From a virus (lineage: Duplodnaviria > Caudoviricetes): a stretch of DNA of 33,559 nt. The notes below the pieces were generated by a model. It had not been told where the DNA came from and ran no database searches. It was given only the letters and a program-made list of their open reading frames with translations. Where the stretch lies: the IMG/VR virus record IMGVR_UViG_3300021962_000362, positions 1-33,559 of that record, one strand, 5' to 3'. Position 1 is the first letter of the stretch; every line of letters starts with the position of its first letter. Shown here piece by piece: positions 1 through 9,568 of the stretch. The translations under genes and the position numbers were made by a program.

Positions 1-11
1 GAACTGTTGAA

Positions 12-266
12 ATGGACATTCAACTAGCCGTCTGGAATATTCTGTTAACCACGTTTATCGGGTTGATAGGATGGAACATGCGTGAAAAATCAGAAGAATT
101 GTCGCGTCTTTCTATTTTGCTGAACAAGACCCGGGAAGAAATTGCCCGGGATAACGTCACTCAAGCAGAAGTTGACAAGATTGTTAGCCATATTGATTCT
201 CGCTTTGACAAGTTAAGTGACAAGCTTGATGCCTTTATCAAGGAGTCAAAAAGTGCCCTCCGTTAG
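12..266 (+). CDS. small membrane-anchored coiled-coil protein (hypothetical)
   Basis: N-terminal hydrophobic helix (LAVWNILLTTFIGLIGW) followed by a heptad-like charged helix; same strand as the rest of the operon. Confidence 0.75.
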   Translation: MDIQLAVWNILLTTFIGLIGWNMREKSEELSRLSILLNKTREEIARDNVTQAEVDKIVSHIDSRFDKLSDKLDAFIKESKSALR

Positions 267-681
267 CAAGAAGCAACGCAATTTCATGGCAGCTGTGGCG
301 CATAACCCAGAATTTGCCAAGAAAGCTGGGGTACCCATGTCTGTGGGTAAAGAATTTAACCAAGCGGACAAAGGCCGCAAATTTGCAAAAGGTGGTGATA
401 TGAAAGACTCTAAAGCAATGGCTAAAAAAGAAATCTCGTTCATGGAAAAGAAGGGCGCACCTAAGTCCATGATTAAACACGAGAAGGCAGAGTACGGAAT
501 GAAGAAAGGTGGTATTGCCTCCTCTCTGAAAGCCCACGCTGCTGCTCCCGCTTCCAAAGCCCACGCAGGCATGAAATCCGGTGGTTTGGCGGCTGGTCAT
601 AAGTCCGCAGACGGCATTGTTTCTAAGGGCAAAACCAAGGGCATGCAAGTCACCATGAGGAAAGGCGGGATGTGCAAATGA
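253..681 (+). CDS. small Lys/Met/Gly-rich basic protein, probable virion-internal protein
   Basis: Start reassigned to GTG at 253 because AAGGAG lies at 240-245; four [MF]xxGG motifs and a DGIVSKGKTKG motif; ATGA overlap with next gene. Confidence 0.8.
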   Translation: MPSVSKKQRNFMAAVAHNPEFAKKAGVPMSVGKEFNQADKGRKFAKGGDMKDSKAMAKKEISFMEKKGAPKSMIKHEKAEYGMKKGGIASSLKAHAAAPASKAHAGMKSGGLAAGHKSADGIVSKGKTKGMQVTMRKGGMCK

Positions 682-920
682 AAAAGTCTGCTGGCGCAGG
701 GCGTGGGTTTGTAAATCCCCAACGGCTTGATGAGTCTGATGAAGACTACATTACCCCTAAACAGCGCTATGACATGGAAAAAGAAGTTGAAGAAAAGAAA
801 AAATCTGAAGCTTCTGAATCTGCGTTTAACAAATCGCGGACTACCATGAGAAAAGGTGGTTACGTCCGTGCGGCTGATGGTATTGCTCAGCGGGGTAAAA
901 CTCGTGGGAAACTTGTATGA
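678..920 (+). CDS. small charged protein with C-terminal MRKGG-RAADGIAQRGKTRG module
   Basis: ATG at 678 overlaps the upstream TGA (ATGA); C-terminal motif shared with ORFs at 253 and 2571. Confidence 0.8.
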   Translation: MKKSAGAGRGFVNPQRLDESDEDYITPKQRYDMEKEVEEKKKSEASESAFNKSRTTMRKGGYVRAADGIAQRGKTRGKLV

Positions 921-1165
921 TGGCAAGCCGTGGTATGGGTGATATTAGAGCCAGTAAGATGCCTAAAGGCGTCCGAAAAGCTCGTCGAGATGATACCGAT
1001 TTCACTCAATACGCAGAGGGTGGAGAAGTAGGGCTGTATGCCAATATCAATGCAAAGCGTAAACGTATTGCTCAAGGCTCTGGCGAAAAGATGCGTAAAC
1101 CCGGTGCAAAAGGTGCTCCAACTGCTGAGGCATTTATTCAATCGGCAAAAACCAAAATGAAGTAA
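917..1165 (+). CDS. small basic protein of two modules joined at YAEGG
   Basis: ATGA overlap with upstream gene; basic C-terminal module GLYANINAKRKRI...KGAPT. Confidence 0.8.
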   Translation: MMASRGMGDIRASKMPKGVRKARRDDTDFTQYAEGGEVGLYANINAKRKRIAQGSGEKMRKPGAKGAPTAEAFIQSAKTKMK

Positions 1166-1168
1166 GAC

Positions 1169-2125
1169 ATGACCACTACAGGCACTTCAGTCTTCAACCT
1201 TGATGTTAACGACCTCATTGAGGAAGCGTTTGAACGTTGTGGGTTAGAGTTGCGTACCGGTTATGATTTTCGTACTGCACGCAGGAGCCTGAATTTGCTT
1301 ACCATTGAGTGGGCAAATCGTGGTATCAATTTGTGGACGATTGAAGAGGGGCAGATTCCTCTGTACCCAAATCAAGCTATTTATGCGTTGCCTAATGATA
1401 CGATTGACCTACTTGATCAGGTGACACGTACCAATGCTGGTACGGGTACGCCTCAGATAGATATCAACATCAATCGCATTAGTGAGTCTACCTATTCGAC
1501 TATTCCCAATAAGTACGCTCAAGGCCGTCCTATTCAGGTTTGGATAAACCGCCAGACAGGAGAACAGAACAGCACTGCTTCGACTACTTTAGCTCAAGCC
1601 ATTACAAGTAGTACTGATACAACAATCTATTTGGCTGATGTTACTGGGCTGGCTGCTGCTGGATTTGTCAAAATTGATAGTGAGCTAATCAGCTATAGCA
1701 ACTTGACTCAGACTGGCAATACTGCTGGCTACATCAGCTTTTGTGGTCGCGGGCAACAAAACACCGTTGCTACTACTCATAATTCGGGGGCAAGTGTGTA
1801 TGTGACACGTCCCCCTTCAATCAATATTTGGCCTATCCCAAATCAAGGATCAATAGGTAGTCCCTATTACATGTTTGTCTACTGGCGTATGCGTCGGATC
1901 CAAGATAGTGGAAATGGTGTACGCACCCAAGACATTCCGTTCCGATTGGTTGAGTGCATGGTTGCTGGTCTGGCTTATAAATTGTCTATGAAGCTCCCGA
2001 ATGTAGATGCAAATCGGGTGGCAGCGTTGAAGATGGAATATGAGCAGCAGTGGCAATTAGCCGCTGATGAAGACCGGGAAAAAGCATCCAACCGGTATGT
2101 GCCTCGTATCATGATTTATAGGTGA
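1169..2125 (+). CDS. putative head-tail adaptor/connector protein (P22 gp4 / tail tubular A-like) with an inserted Thr-rich beta domain
   Basis: Helical N-terminus (DLIEEAFERCG...ARRSLNLL..EWANRG), central beta region, IWPIP motif and helical C-terminus (GLAYKL...YEQQWQLA), the layout of podophage adaptors. Confidence 0.6.
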   Translation: MTTTGTSVFNLDVNDLIEEAFERCGLELRTGYDFRTARRSLNLLTIEWANRGINLWTIEEGQIPLYPNQAIYALPNDTIDLLDQVTRTNAGTGTPQIDININRISESTYSTIPNKYAQGRPIQVWINRQTGEQNSTASTTLAQAITSSTDTTIYLADVTGLAAAGFVKIDSELISYSNLTQTGNTAGYISFCGRGQQNTVATTHNSGASVYVTRPPSINIWPIPNQGSIGSPYYMFVYWRMRRIQDSGNGVRTQDIPFRLVECMVAGLAYKLSMKLPNVDANRVAALKMEYEQQWQLAADEDREKASNRYVPRIMIYR

Positions 2126-2128
2126 TAC

Positions 2129-2560
2129 ATGGCAGGTCCAAAATACGCTTCTGGTAAATACTCAATTGCGGAGTGTGACCGCTGCGGGCAGAGGTACATG
2201 CTCAAGCAGTTGCGTAAGTTGACTATTAAGACCAAACAAGTCAGCATCAAGGTTTGTCCCGAGTGTTGGGAGCCAGATCAGCCACAGTTGCAATTAGGTA
2301 TGTATCCGGTCTATGACCCACAGGCTGTGCGTGAGCCTCGCCCGGACGTGAGCTATTATTTGTCTGGTACAAGTGGATTGCAGATTAGTACTAGCGGCGG
2401 AACCGGTCCAAATGCAGTTGGTACGCCTGAGGCTGGCAGTCGAGTGTTCCAGTGGGGCTGGAATCCTGTAGGCGGAGCTAGTTATTTTGACACTGCCCTA
2501 ACGCCAAACAATTTGGTATTGGGTATATCTCTTGGTATAGTTACAATTGCAACGACATAA
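2129..2560 (+). CDS. Zn-ribbon (CxxC...CxxC) phage protein
   Basis: ECDRCG...VCPECW motif; AGGTGA-like RBS upstream. Confidence 0.75.
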   Translation: MAGPKYASGKYSIAECDRCGQRYMLKQLRKLTIKTKQVSIKVCPECWEPDQPQLQLGMYPVYDPQAVREPRPDVSYYLSGTSGLQISTSGGTGPNAVGTPEAGSRVFQWGWNPVGGASYFDTALTPNNLVLGISLGIVTIATT

Positions 2561-2570
2561 GGAGCTAAAA

Positions 2571-2762
2571 ATGGCATACACACGCGCAGCAGATGGTATT
2601 GCTCAAAAAGGCAAGACCAAAGGTCGAAACCTTGGCAATGATGGTCCCACCGTTGGCATTCAAAGCGGTAAACCGACCAGCGGCAGCAGGGGTAAAACCA
2701 ATGCTGATATGAAATCTATGGGTCGTAATCTGGCAAAAATTGCAGCACAGAAACGGGGCTAA
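2571..2762 (+). CDS. small basic protein with N-terminal RAADGIAQKGKTKG module
   Basis: Start reassigned to ATG 2571 (AAGGAG at 2559-2564); motif shared with ORFs at 253 and 678. Confidence 0.8.
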   Translation: MAYTRAADGIAQKGKTKGRNLGNDGPTVGIQSGKPTSGSRGKTNADMKSMGRNLAKIAAQKRG

Positions 2763-2764
2763 TC

Positions 2765-2989
2765 ATGGCAGTAAACAACAAAGCAGCATCAGCTTATGCC
2801 GCCCGCTATAAAGAGGGCATGGCAGACATGAACAGCAGGACAAACCGTAGCAAGCTCGACACCTACGACATGAGCGTTGGTGCTGTTAGCAAGGATGCTG
2901 GTAATAAACCCACCAAGACCACCGGAATCAAAATCCGTGGGACTGGCGCGGCTACCAAAGGCACTATGGCAAGAGGCCCGATGGGTTGA
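2765..2989 (+). CDS. small basic protein with C-terminal IRGTGAATKG motif
   Basis: Fills the gap between neighbours exactly; Gly/Lys-rich C-terminus resembling the shared module. Confidence 0.8.
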   Translation: MAVNNKAASAYAARYKEGMADMNSRTNRSKLDTYDMSVGAVSKDAGNKPTKTTGIKIRGTGAATKGTMARGPMG

Positions 2990-2992
2990 TAT

Positions 2993-3703
2993 ATGACCTA
3001 TGATGAACTTGTAGCGGCAATTCAGAGCTACACAGAAAACCAATTCCCGGCGACTTACCTCGCTGACGGGAGTTCTGTGTCCTCGACTACGCAAATCAAC
3101 ACGTTCATTAAACAAGCTGAACAGCGTATCTACAACACGGTTCAGTTTCCGTCTATTCGTAAGAATGTGACAGGCGTTACATCTACTGGAAATAAATACT
3201 TATCCGCCCCAAACGACTTTCTGTCAGTCTATTCGCTGGCTGTGATAGATGGTTCGGGCAACTATGAGTATTTGTTGAACAAAGATGTGAACTTTATTCG
3301 GCAAGCGTATCCCAACCCAACAGATACAGCAATCCCGAAGTACTACGCTTTGTTTGGACCAACTACATCCAACGATCCAAGCCCTGTCATTACTGATGAA
3401 TTGACGTTTATTCTTGGACCAACACCTGACGCAAACTACAACGTAGAGTTGCACTACTATTACTATCCAGAGTCCATTACCGTTGCGGCTGATGGGCGTA
3501 CATGGTTGGGTGATAACTTTGATTCCGTTATGTTGTATGGCTCTTTGGTAGAAGCCTATACGTTTATGAAGGGTGAGCCAGATATGGTGACACTCTATAA
3601 CGGTAAATACCAAGAGGCTCTTGCGCTGGCTAAACGTCTGGGCGATGGTCTGGAGCGTGGTGATGCCTACAGAAACGGACAATACCGGCAGGCGGTGACT
3701 TGA
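2993..3703 (+). CDS. second adaptor-like (tail tubular A / gp4-like) virion protein
   Basis: MTYDEL..AIQSYTE...FIKQAEQRI N-terminal helices, LGPTPD..Y.VELHY beta region, LYGSLVEAY.FMK C-terminal helices. Confidence 0.6.
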   Translation: MTYDELVAAIQSYTENQFPATYLADGSSVSSTTQINTFIKQAEQRIYNTVQFPSIRKNVTGVTSTGNKYLSAPNDFLSVYSLAVIDGSGNYEYLLNKDVNFIRQAYPNPTDTAIPKYYALFGPTTSNDPSPVITDELTFILGPTPDANYNVELHYYYYPESITVAADGRTWLGDNFDSVMLYGSLVEAYTFMKGEPDMVTLYNGKYQEALALAKRLGDGLERGDAYRNGQYRQAVT

Positions 3704-3704
3704 T

Positions 3705-4127
3705 ATGGCTTTTACTGGAAACTTCTCCTGTAATGTGCTGCGCTCCAATATGGCAAGCGGTGGAATTAACTTTTCCTCCGACACCTTCTACATGGCGCTT
3801 TACACAAACTCAGCCACCTTGGACGAGACAACTACCGCCTATACAACCACGGGTGAAGTTGTGGCGAGTGGGTACACCGCTGGCGGGCAAGTCATTACGG
3901 CGACAGTTGCCACGGAAGCTACCACCTCGGGCAGCATTGTGTACATTGACTTTTCCTCTCCCACATGGAACTCTGCCCTGACAGCGCGGGGGGCTTTGAT
4001 TTATAAGCCCGGAGCTAATGGGGCGGTCTGTGTGTTGGACTTTGGAAACGACAAAACCTCAACAGCAACATTCACCGTTCAGATGCCTGCTAATACCAGC
4101 AGTTCTGCGCTTATTCGACTTTTGTAA
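3705..4127 (+). CDS. virion structural protein (fibre-attachment or decoration-like beta protein)
   Basis: Thr/Ala/Gly-rich beta composition, F.MALYT...GYTAGG motif, position in the tail module. Confidence 0.65.
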   Translation: MAFTGNFSCNVLRSNMASGGINFSSDTFYMALYTNSATLDETTTAYTTTGEVVASGYTAGGQVITATVATEATTSGSIVYIDFSSPTWNSALTARGALIYKPGANGAVCVLDFGNDKTSTATFTVQMPANTSSSALIRLL

Positions 4128-4136
4128 GGAGCGACT

Positions 4137-4715
4137 ATGTTCATCGACAATGCAAATTCTTCTGACAGCCTTTCGGCTGGGCTGGTTGCTAAAACCGGTT
4201 TTTCTGAAAACAGCAAGGCGGGAGGTGTTTTTCACGTCCAATGCTTTGACAAAGATGGCAAGCTGAAATGGGAAGATCAGATGCACAACCTCGTTGTAAA
4301 CGTAGGTTTGCAGGATATGAATACCCAGTATTTCAAGGGTAGTTCGTATACCGCCGCTTTCTATCTAGGTCTTGTGACTGGCCCGGGTTCTGGCACCACT
4401 TACGCCGCTGCGGATACGCTGGCTTCTCATGCAGGGTGGACGGAGTTCACTAATTATTCTGGTTCACGTAAAGCTGTTACATTCGGCACGGCTACCACTG
4501 CTGATCCGTCTGTTATTAGCAATTCAGCTTCCCCCGCTCAGTTCAGTATTACTGGTGCTGGCGGTACGGTAGCTGGTGCGTTCTTGTGTACGGTGTCTAG
4601 TGGTACTTCTGGCACACTGTTCTCTGAGGCAGATTTCCAATCTCCCGGGGATCGCGTAGTTGTGTCCGGTGATACTCTGAACGTAACCTACACTTTCAGC
4701 CTTGACGCTGCATAA
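4137..4715 (+). CDS. virion structural protein (tail/fibre-attachment-like)
   Basis: AAGGAG RBS upstream; NLVVNVGL...YLGL...GDTLNVTYTF motifs. Confidence 0.7.
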   Translation: MFIDNANSSDSLSAGLVAKTGFSENSKAGGVFHVQCFDKDGKLKWEDQMHNLVVNVGLQDMNTQYFKGSSYTAAFYLGLVTGPGSGTTYAAADTLASHAGWTEFTNYSGSRKAVTFGTATTADPSVISNSASPAQFSITGAGGTVAGAFLCTVSSGTSGTLFSEADFQSPGDRVVVSGDTLNVTYTFSLDAA

Positions 4716-4727
4716 GGGTAAACCCTT

Positions 4728-5582
4728 GTGTTCGGATTCACGCCGTTTGCAAACGTACCCTTCTCTTCGTTGGGTGGCGGAGCCATATTTGACACTGCTG
4801 TAGAAGAGTTTGTGTCTACAACCGCAGATGCGTTTTCTGCGGCGGCTGGTTTTGCTACGGATTTTTCCGATACGGTAGTTGGAACAGACCAAGCGTTTGT
4901 TGCGCCATCTGTATTTAGTGCAGATGCAGCAGATACGGCGCTTGGCTTGGATACGTCATCGTCTTTGGTTGATTTTGCAGTACTGACTATTGAACAAGTA
5001 GCTGCTTCAGAGACTACATTCACTTTAATTGATTTTGCTGTTTCTGTTCAAGAACAGAGCACTGGCAGTGAAAATTTCGCGGCTCTAGTAGACTTTATTG
5101 CTAGTTTGCCTGAAACGGCTACTGGAACGGATGCTTCTTCTGCTTCTGCGGTTTTCTCTGTATCTTTCTCTGATACAGCTACCGCATCTGAAGCATTAGA
5201 CCCTACCATAACCTATAACGTATTTATGGATGAAAGTGCGTCGGTTTCTGAAACCGTTGCCGCAAGAGCCGATTTTGCTCCTTTAATTTCCGAACTTTCT
5301 AGCGCCACTTTTACAACTTCTGTAGCCCCATCCATATTTAATGCACCAGTCAACGAAACCGCTGTAGCCGCTGACACTATATTGGCGTTCGCTGTGTTTT
5401 TTGCTACCATTACAGACGGCGCAATTGGTGTTGATGAGATCACTGCTAGATTGTTGTGGGAGGTTATCAATGATGCACAAAATGCGGCGTGGGCGCAGTC
5501 AAATGATGCACAGTCTCCCGGTTGGTCTACGATAAACGATTCGCAGGCAACCTCTTGGACTGTAGTCAAAACCCAATCGTGA
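4728..5582 (+). CDS. acidic repetitive fibre/spike-like structural protein
   Basis: GTG start; about 20-aa periodicity of F...E/D...D/E; C-terminal W-x2-(I/S)NDxQ repeats. Confidence 0.7.
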   Translation: MFGFTPFANVPFSSLGGGAIFDTAVEEFVSTTADAFSAAAGFATDFSDTVVGTDQAFVAPSVFSADAADTALGLDTSSSLVDFAVLTIEQVAASETTFTLIDFAVSVQEQSTGSENFAALVDFIASLPETATGTDASSASAVFSVSFSDTATASEALDPTITYNVFMDESASVSETVAARADFAPLISELSSATFTTSVAPSIFNAPVNETAVAADTILAFAVFFATITDGAIGVDEITARLLWEVINDAQNAAWAQSNDAQSPGWSTINDSQATSWTVVKTQS

Positions 5583-5589
5583 GAATGTC

Positions 5590-8500
5590 ATGGCACTTGT
5601 TGTAAAAGACCGAGTTAAAGAAACCACCACCTCTACAGGTACAGGCACTATTACGCTTGGTGGCGCAAGTCCCGGGTTTCAGTCATTCGCCGTGATTGGT
5701 GATGGGAACACCACTTACTACACCATTAACGACCAACAAACTGGCGATTGGGAAGTTGGTATTGGAACCTACACTTCTTCCGGTACAACCCTGAGTCGTA
5801 CTACCGTTCTTGAATCAAGCAATGCGGGCAGTCTGGTGAACTTTGGCGTAGGCTCAAAGGATGTTTTTGTTACTTACCCAGCAGAAAGATCGGTTTATTT
5901 AGATACTGCTGGTTCGGCTGTTACGTTATTGGATATTGGTACTGCTGGAATTGGAACAGCAAATATCACTACCGCAAACATTACAAACGGCACGGTTTCT
6001 TCCTCTCCTACCAGCGGCAACGATATTGCCAATAAAACGTATGTTGATGCGTTGGCTGCATCAGGTGTGCATTACCACGCCCCTGTATATGTGGAAGTAC
6101 CAAGTACGACTGGGAATTTAAACGCTACGTATAACAACGGTTCTTCTGGTGTTGGGGCTACACTTACCAACGCAGGAACCCAAGCAGCTTTTACAGCGGA
6201 TGGAATTGCTGTTCCAATAAATAGCCGGGTACTTATTTATAACCAAACAAACGCCTACGAAAATGGTGTTTATACGCTTACAACTGTAGGTAGTGGCTCA
6301 ACAAACTGGGTTTTGACTAGGGCTACCGATGCGGATACCTACGACCCTTTTAACCCTAACTCTTTGGGTCAAGGGGATGCTTTCTTTGTTACCAATGGTA
6401 ATACTGGTGCCGGTGAAACTTACATCTGCAACACGGTTGGAACAATTACATTTGGTACAACGGCAATTACTTTTGCTCAAATCAGCTCCGCTCAGATTTA
6501 CTCTGCTGGCACCGGGCTGACCCTATCTGGTACGCAGTTCAGTATTACAAATACAGGCACTGCGGGGACTTACGGTTCTGCTTCTTCTGTCCCAGTACTG
6601 ACGACCAACGCCCAAGGACAAGTAACCTCTGTTACAGATACTGCGATTTCCATTGCTTCCGGCGCTGTTTCTGGGCTGGCGGCTTCAGCAACCACTGATA
6701 CCACAAATGCAGCAAATATCTCTAGTGGGACGCTGCCAGCGGCGCGGCTGTCTGGCTCTTATACCGGAGTTACAGGTGTAGGAACCCTGACTGCTGGCAC
6801 TTGGAACGCTTCTACCCTTGATGCCTCTTATGGTGGTACTGGGCAATCGTCCTATGCAGTTGGCGATATTTTGTATGCGTCTACCACTTCGGCGCTGTCC
6901 AAATTAGCGGATGTTGCTACAGGTAATGCTCTAATCTCTGGTGGTGTAGGTACGGCTCCTTCTTGGGGCAAGGTAGGCTTAACGACCCATGTCAGTGGAA
7001 CATTGCCTGTGGCAAGCGGTGGTACGGGGGCCACGACTCTGACGGGGTATGTGTACGGTAACGGGACTGGGGCGATGACTGCTTCCACCTCTATTCCAAA
7101 CGCTGCTACGACTGCCACAAGTGCAAATACCGCTTCTGCTATTGTGGCCCGTGATGCGTCTGGTGACTTCAGCGCAGGCACTATTACTGCTAGTTTGTCT
7201 GGTAATGCTACATCCGCTACCTCTGCTACTTCGGCTACTACCACAACAAATCTTGCCGGGGGTGTAGCTGGAGCCGTCCCATATCAGTCTGGCTCTGGAG
7301 CCACGGCTTTCTCCGCAGCAGGTACTTCAGGGCAGGTTTTGACCTCAGCCGGTACTTCAGCCCCAACTTGGACCACACCAGCTACCGTAAACAACGGTAC
7401 GCTGACAATGAATGTATCCGGTACGGGTTTATCCGGGTCCCAGACATTTACGGCAAACCAAGCTAGTGCAGCCACTTTTACCGTTACTTCAAACGCCACA
7501 AGCGCAAATACGGCATCTACGATTGTTGCTAGGGATGCTTCTGGTAACTTTAATGCTGGAACAATTACTGCTGCTCTTAGCGGTAATGCAACAACTTCTA
7601 CAACCCTAGCTACTGGCAGAACCATTGGAATGACCGGGGATGTCACTTGGACATCTGCCTCATTTAATGGATCAGCCAATGTCACAGGAACTTCAACACT
7701 TGCAAATAGCGGAGTAACAGCGGGGTCTTATACAACAGCAAATATTACAGTTGACGCAAAAGGTAGAGTAACGGCGGCATCAAATGGAACTCCTGTTTTA
7801 CCTGCTGTTGTTCAGCCAGTAAATATCTCTCCAGCAAATGGATCAACTGGAGCAAATTATACAATTACATTAACTGCAACAGCTTTTGTTTCCCTTCAAG
7901 GCTTTACTTTTGCAAATGCTCAATATCAAGTTTCTACTAGTAGTGGGTTTGGAACTACTGTAATTGATACCGGTACTTCTGGCGCGGCATCTACATCTTA
8001 CAATATAAGCAGTGGTCTTGCTAATAGCACTACATATTACTGGAGAGTACGTTATAAGGATTCAAATGGAACATGGTCTGATTATTCTTCAGCCACATCG
8101 TTTGTAACCGCAGCAGCATTTACTTATTCTATTGAATACTTGGTTGTTGGCGGTGGCGGTGGATCCATGAATGTAGTATATATCGCAGGAGCAGGAGGTG
8201 GTGGTGGCACTGCATCTACATCAGGAACAGTAACCGTTGGAACAACCTATGTTATGACTGTTGGGGGTGGTGGTTCACCCGGAGTTGCTGGAACTGCAAG
8301 TAGCATTACTTATGGGCCAACAACAATGGCAACAGGTAATGGCGGTGGCTCGGCCAATGGCGCTACGGGGGGCCCTAGTGGTAATGGCTATGGCCCCGGA
8401 GGTGACAATACTTGGTGTGCTGGCGGAGCTGGAGGTGCTGCACAATCAGGATTCCCTGCAACGGGATATAAAGGCAATGGCGGTGCTGGTGGTAATGGTA

Positions 8501-8820
8501 TTCAATGGTCAGATACCAATTATTATGGCGGCGGCGGTGGTGGTGGAACATATTCAACAGGTAGCCCCGGTTCTGGTGGACTAGGCGGGGGCGCAGGTGG
8601 TAGTAAATCTGCTCCGGGTGCTAATGGTTCAGCAAATACAGGCGGCGGTGCTGGTGGTAATGGTCGCTCTGCTTATTCTGCTCCCGGTTCATCTTCTGGT
8701 GGCTCTGGAATAATTATTATTCGATACGCAGGCGCACAGCGAGGAACCGGCGGTACTGTTACCTCTTCTGGGGGATATACATATCATACTTTTAATTCAA
8801 CTGGGAATTATGTAGCATGA
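5590..8820 (+). CDS. long tail fibre / receptor-binding protein with shaft repeats, FN3-like domain and C-terminal glycine-rich domain
   Basis: Thr/Gly/Ser/Ala-rich; fibre repeats (GVTAGSYT.ANITVDAKGRVT; GTLPVASGGTG); LANSTTYYWRVRY FN3-like motif; EYLVVGGGG...GGSGIIIIRY Gly-rich head. Confidence 0.9.
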   Translation: MALVVKDRVKETTTSTGTGTITLGGASPGFQSFAVIGDGNTTYYTINDQQTGDWEVGIGTYTSSGTTLSRTTVLESSNAGSLVNFGVGSKDVFVTYPAERSVYLDTAGSAVTLLDIGTAGIGTANITTANITNGTVSSSPTSGNDIANKTYVDALAASGVHYHAPVYVEVPSTTGNLNATYNNGSSGVGATLTNAGTQAAFTADGIAVPINSRVLIYNQTNAYENGVYTLTTVGSGSTNWVLTRATDADTYDPFNPNSLGQGDAFFVTNGNTGAGETYICNTVGTITFGTTAITFAQISSAQIYSAGTGLTLSGTQFSITNTGTAGTYGSASSVPVLTTNAQGQVTSVTDTAISIASGAVSGLAASATTDTTNAANISSGTLPAARLSGSYTGVTGVGTLTAGTWNASTLDASYGGTGQSSYAVGDILYASTTSALSKLADVATGNALISGGVGTAPSWGKVGLTTHVSGTLPVASGGTGATTLTGYVYGNGTGAMTASTSIPNAATTATSANTASAIVARDASGDFSAGTITASLSGNATSATSATSATTTTNLAGGVAGAVPYQSGSGATAFSAAGTSGQVLTSAGTSAPTWTTPATVNNGTLTMNVSGTGLSGSQTFTANQASAATFTVTSNATSANTASTIVARDASGNFNAGTITAALSGNATTSTTLATGRTIGMTGDVTWTSASFNGSANVTGTSTLANSGVTAGSYTTANITVDAKGRVTAASNGTPVLPAVVQPVNISPANGSTGANYTITLTATAFVSLQGFTFANAQYQVSTSSGFGTTVIDTGTSGAASTSYNISSGLANSTTYYWRVRYKDSNGTWSDYSSATSFVTAAAFTYSIEYLVVGGGGGSMNVVYIAGAGGGGGTASTSGTVTVGTTYVMTVGGGGSPGVAGTASSITYGPTTMATGNGGGSANGATGGPSGNGYGPGGDNTWCAGGAGGAAQSGFPATGYKGNGGAGGNGIQWSDTNYYGGGGGGGTYSTGSPGSGGLGGGAGGSKSAPGANGSANTGGGAGGNGRSAYSAPGSSSGGSGIIIIRYAGAQRGTGGTVTSSGGYTYHTFNSTGNYVA
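7114..7593 (+). repeat. imperfect direct repeat in the fibre gene (7114-7212 and 7495-7593)
   Basis: ATSANTASAIVARDASGDFSAGTITASLSGNAT versus ATSANTASTIVARDASGNFNAGTITAALSGNAT, offset 381 nt. Confidence 0.9.
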
Positions 8821-9173
8821 GCCATTTTGCAGAAGTAATAAACGGCATTGTGCAACGTGTTATTGTTGCCGAGCAGGAATTTATTGATACTGGAACTTTA
8901 GGTGATCCAAAAAATTGGATACAAACATCATATAACACAGTTGCAAATTTTCATGTCGGTCCTGATTGGAAACCAGATGGAAAGGAACCTTTACGAGCAA
9001 ATTATGCAGGTATTGGGTATCATTATGATGCTGAATATGATGTTTTTTATCCTCCGAAACCACATCCAGAAGCAAAATTAGATAAAACAAAATGGCAGTG
9101 GTATTATGATAAAATACCAATTTCTATTTTAGGAAATAATACTGCCTATAAAGATGGGTTGGAGTCATCATAA
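8817..9173 (+). CDS. fibre-associated small protein (possible assembly chaperone or tip protein)
   Basis: MSHFAE...VQRVIV...WIQTSYN...RANYAGIGY.YD...F.PPKP; ATGA-coupled to the fibre gene. Confidence 0.7.
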   Translation: MSHFAEVINGIVQRVIVAEQEFIDTGTLGDPKNWIQTSYNTVANFHVGPDWKPDGKEPLRANYAGIGYHYDAEYDVFYPPKPHPEAKLDKTKWQWYYDKIPISILGNNTAYKDGLESS

Positions 9174-9568
9174 TGAGTACACCAAAAGTTGCAATTAGCT
9201 GTGTAGCAAACCTTTTTAGTCGCATGATGCATTTTGAAAATGCTGGTGATATTGAAGAAGGTCATACACATGCTTTTGACCATTTAACACTACTTGCATC
9301 TGGAGGACTTGACGTAGAGGTAGAAGGAAAAACAACTCGATTTGTTGCCCCTCACATGATTTATATCAAAGCAGATAAATTTCATAAGTTAACGGCTTTA
9401 GAAGCAAATACTGTGGCTTATTGTATCCATGCCTTACGAACTGGCGAAAGAGTAGAAGATATTCTCGACCCAACAAGTATTCCAGATGGTGTTCATGCCA
9501 TGAGCATGTCAAAACCAATATCTAATGATTTTCGTAATCCGCACCCAACATATGAGAATCCGCTATGA
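9173..9568 (+). CDS. cupin-fold metalloprotein
   Basis: G-HTH-AFDH-LTLL and distal FHKL His motifs. Confidence 0.8.
   Translation: MSTPKVAISCVANLFSRMMHFENAGDIEEGHTHAFDHLTLLASGGLDVEVEGKTTRFVAPHMIYIKADKFHKLTALEANTVAYCIHALRTGERVEDILDPTSIPDGVHAMSMSKPISNDFRNPHPTYENPL

Noticed and set aside
7114-7593. Direct repeat as a possible DGR template/variable pair or CRISPR-like repeat
   Set aside because: Differences are mostly synonymous and not adenine-specific, both copies are in-frame fibre repeats, and there is no reverse transcriptase or spacer structure in the window
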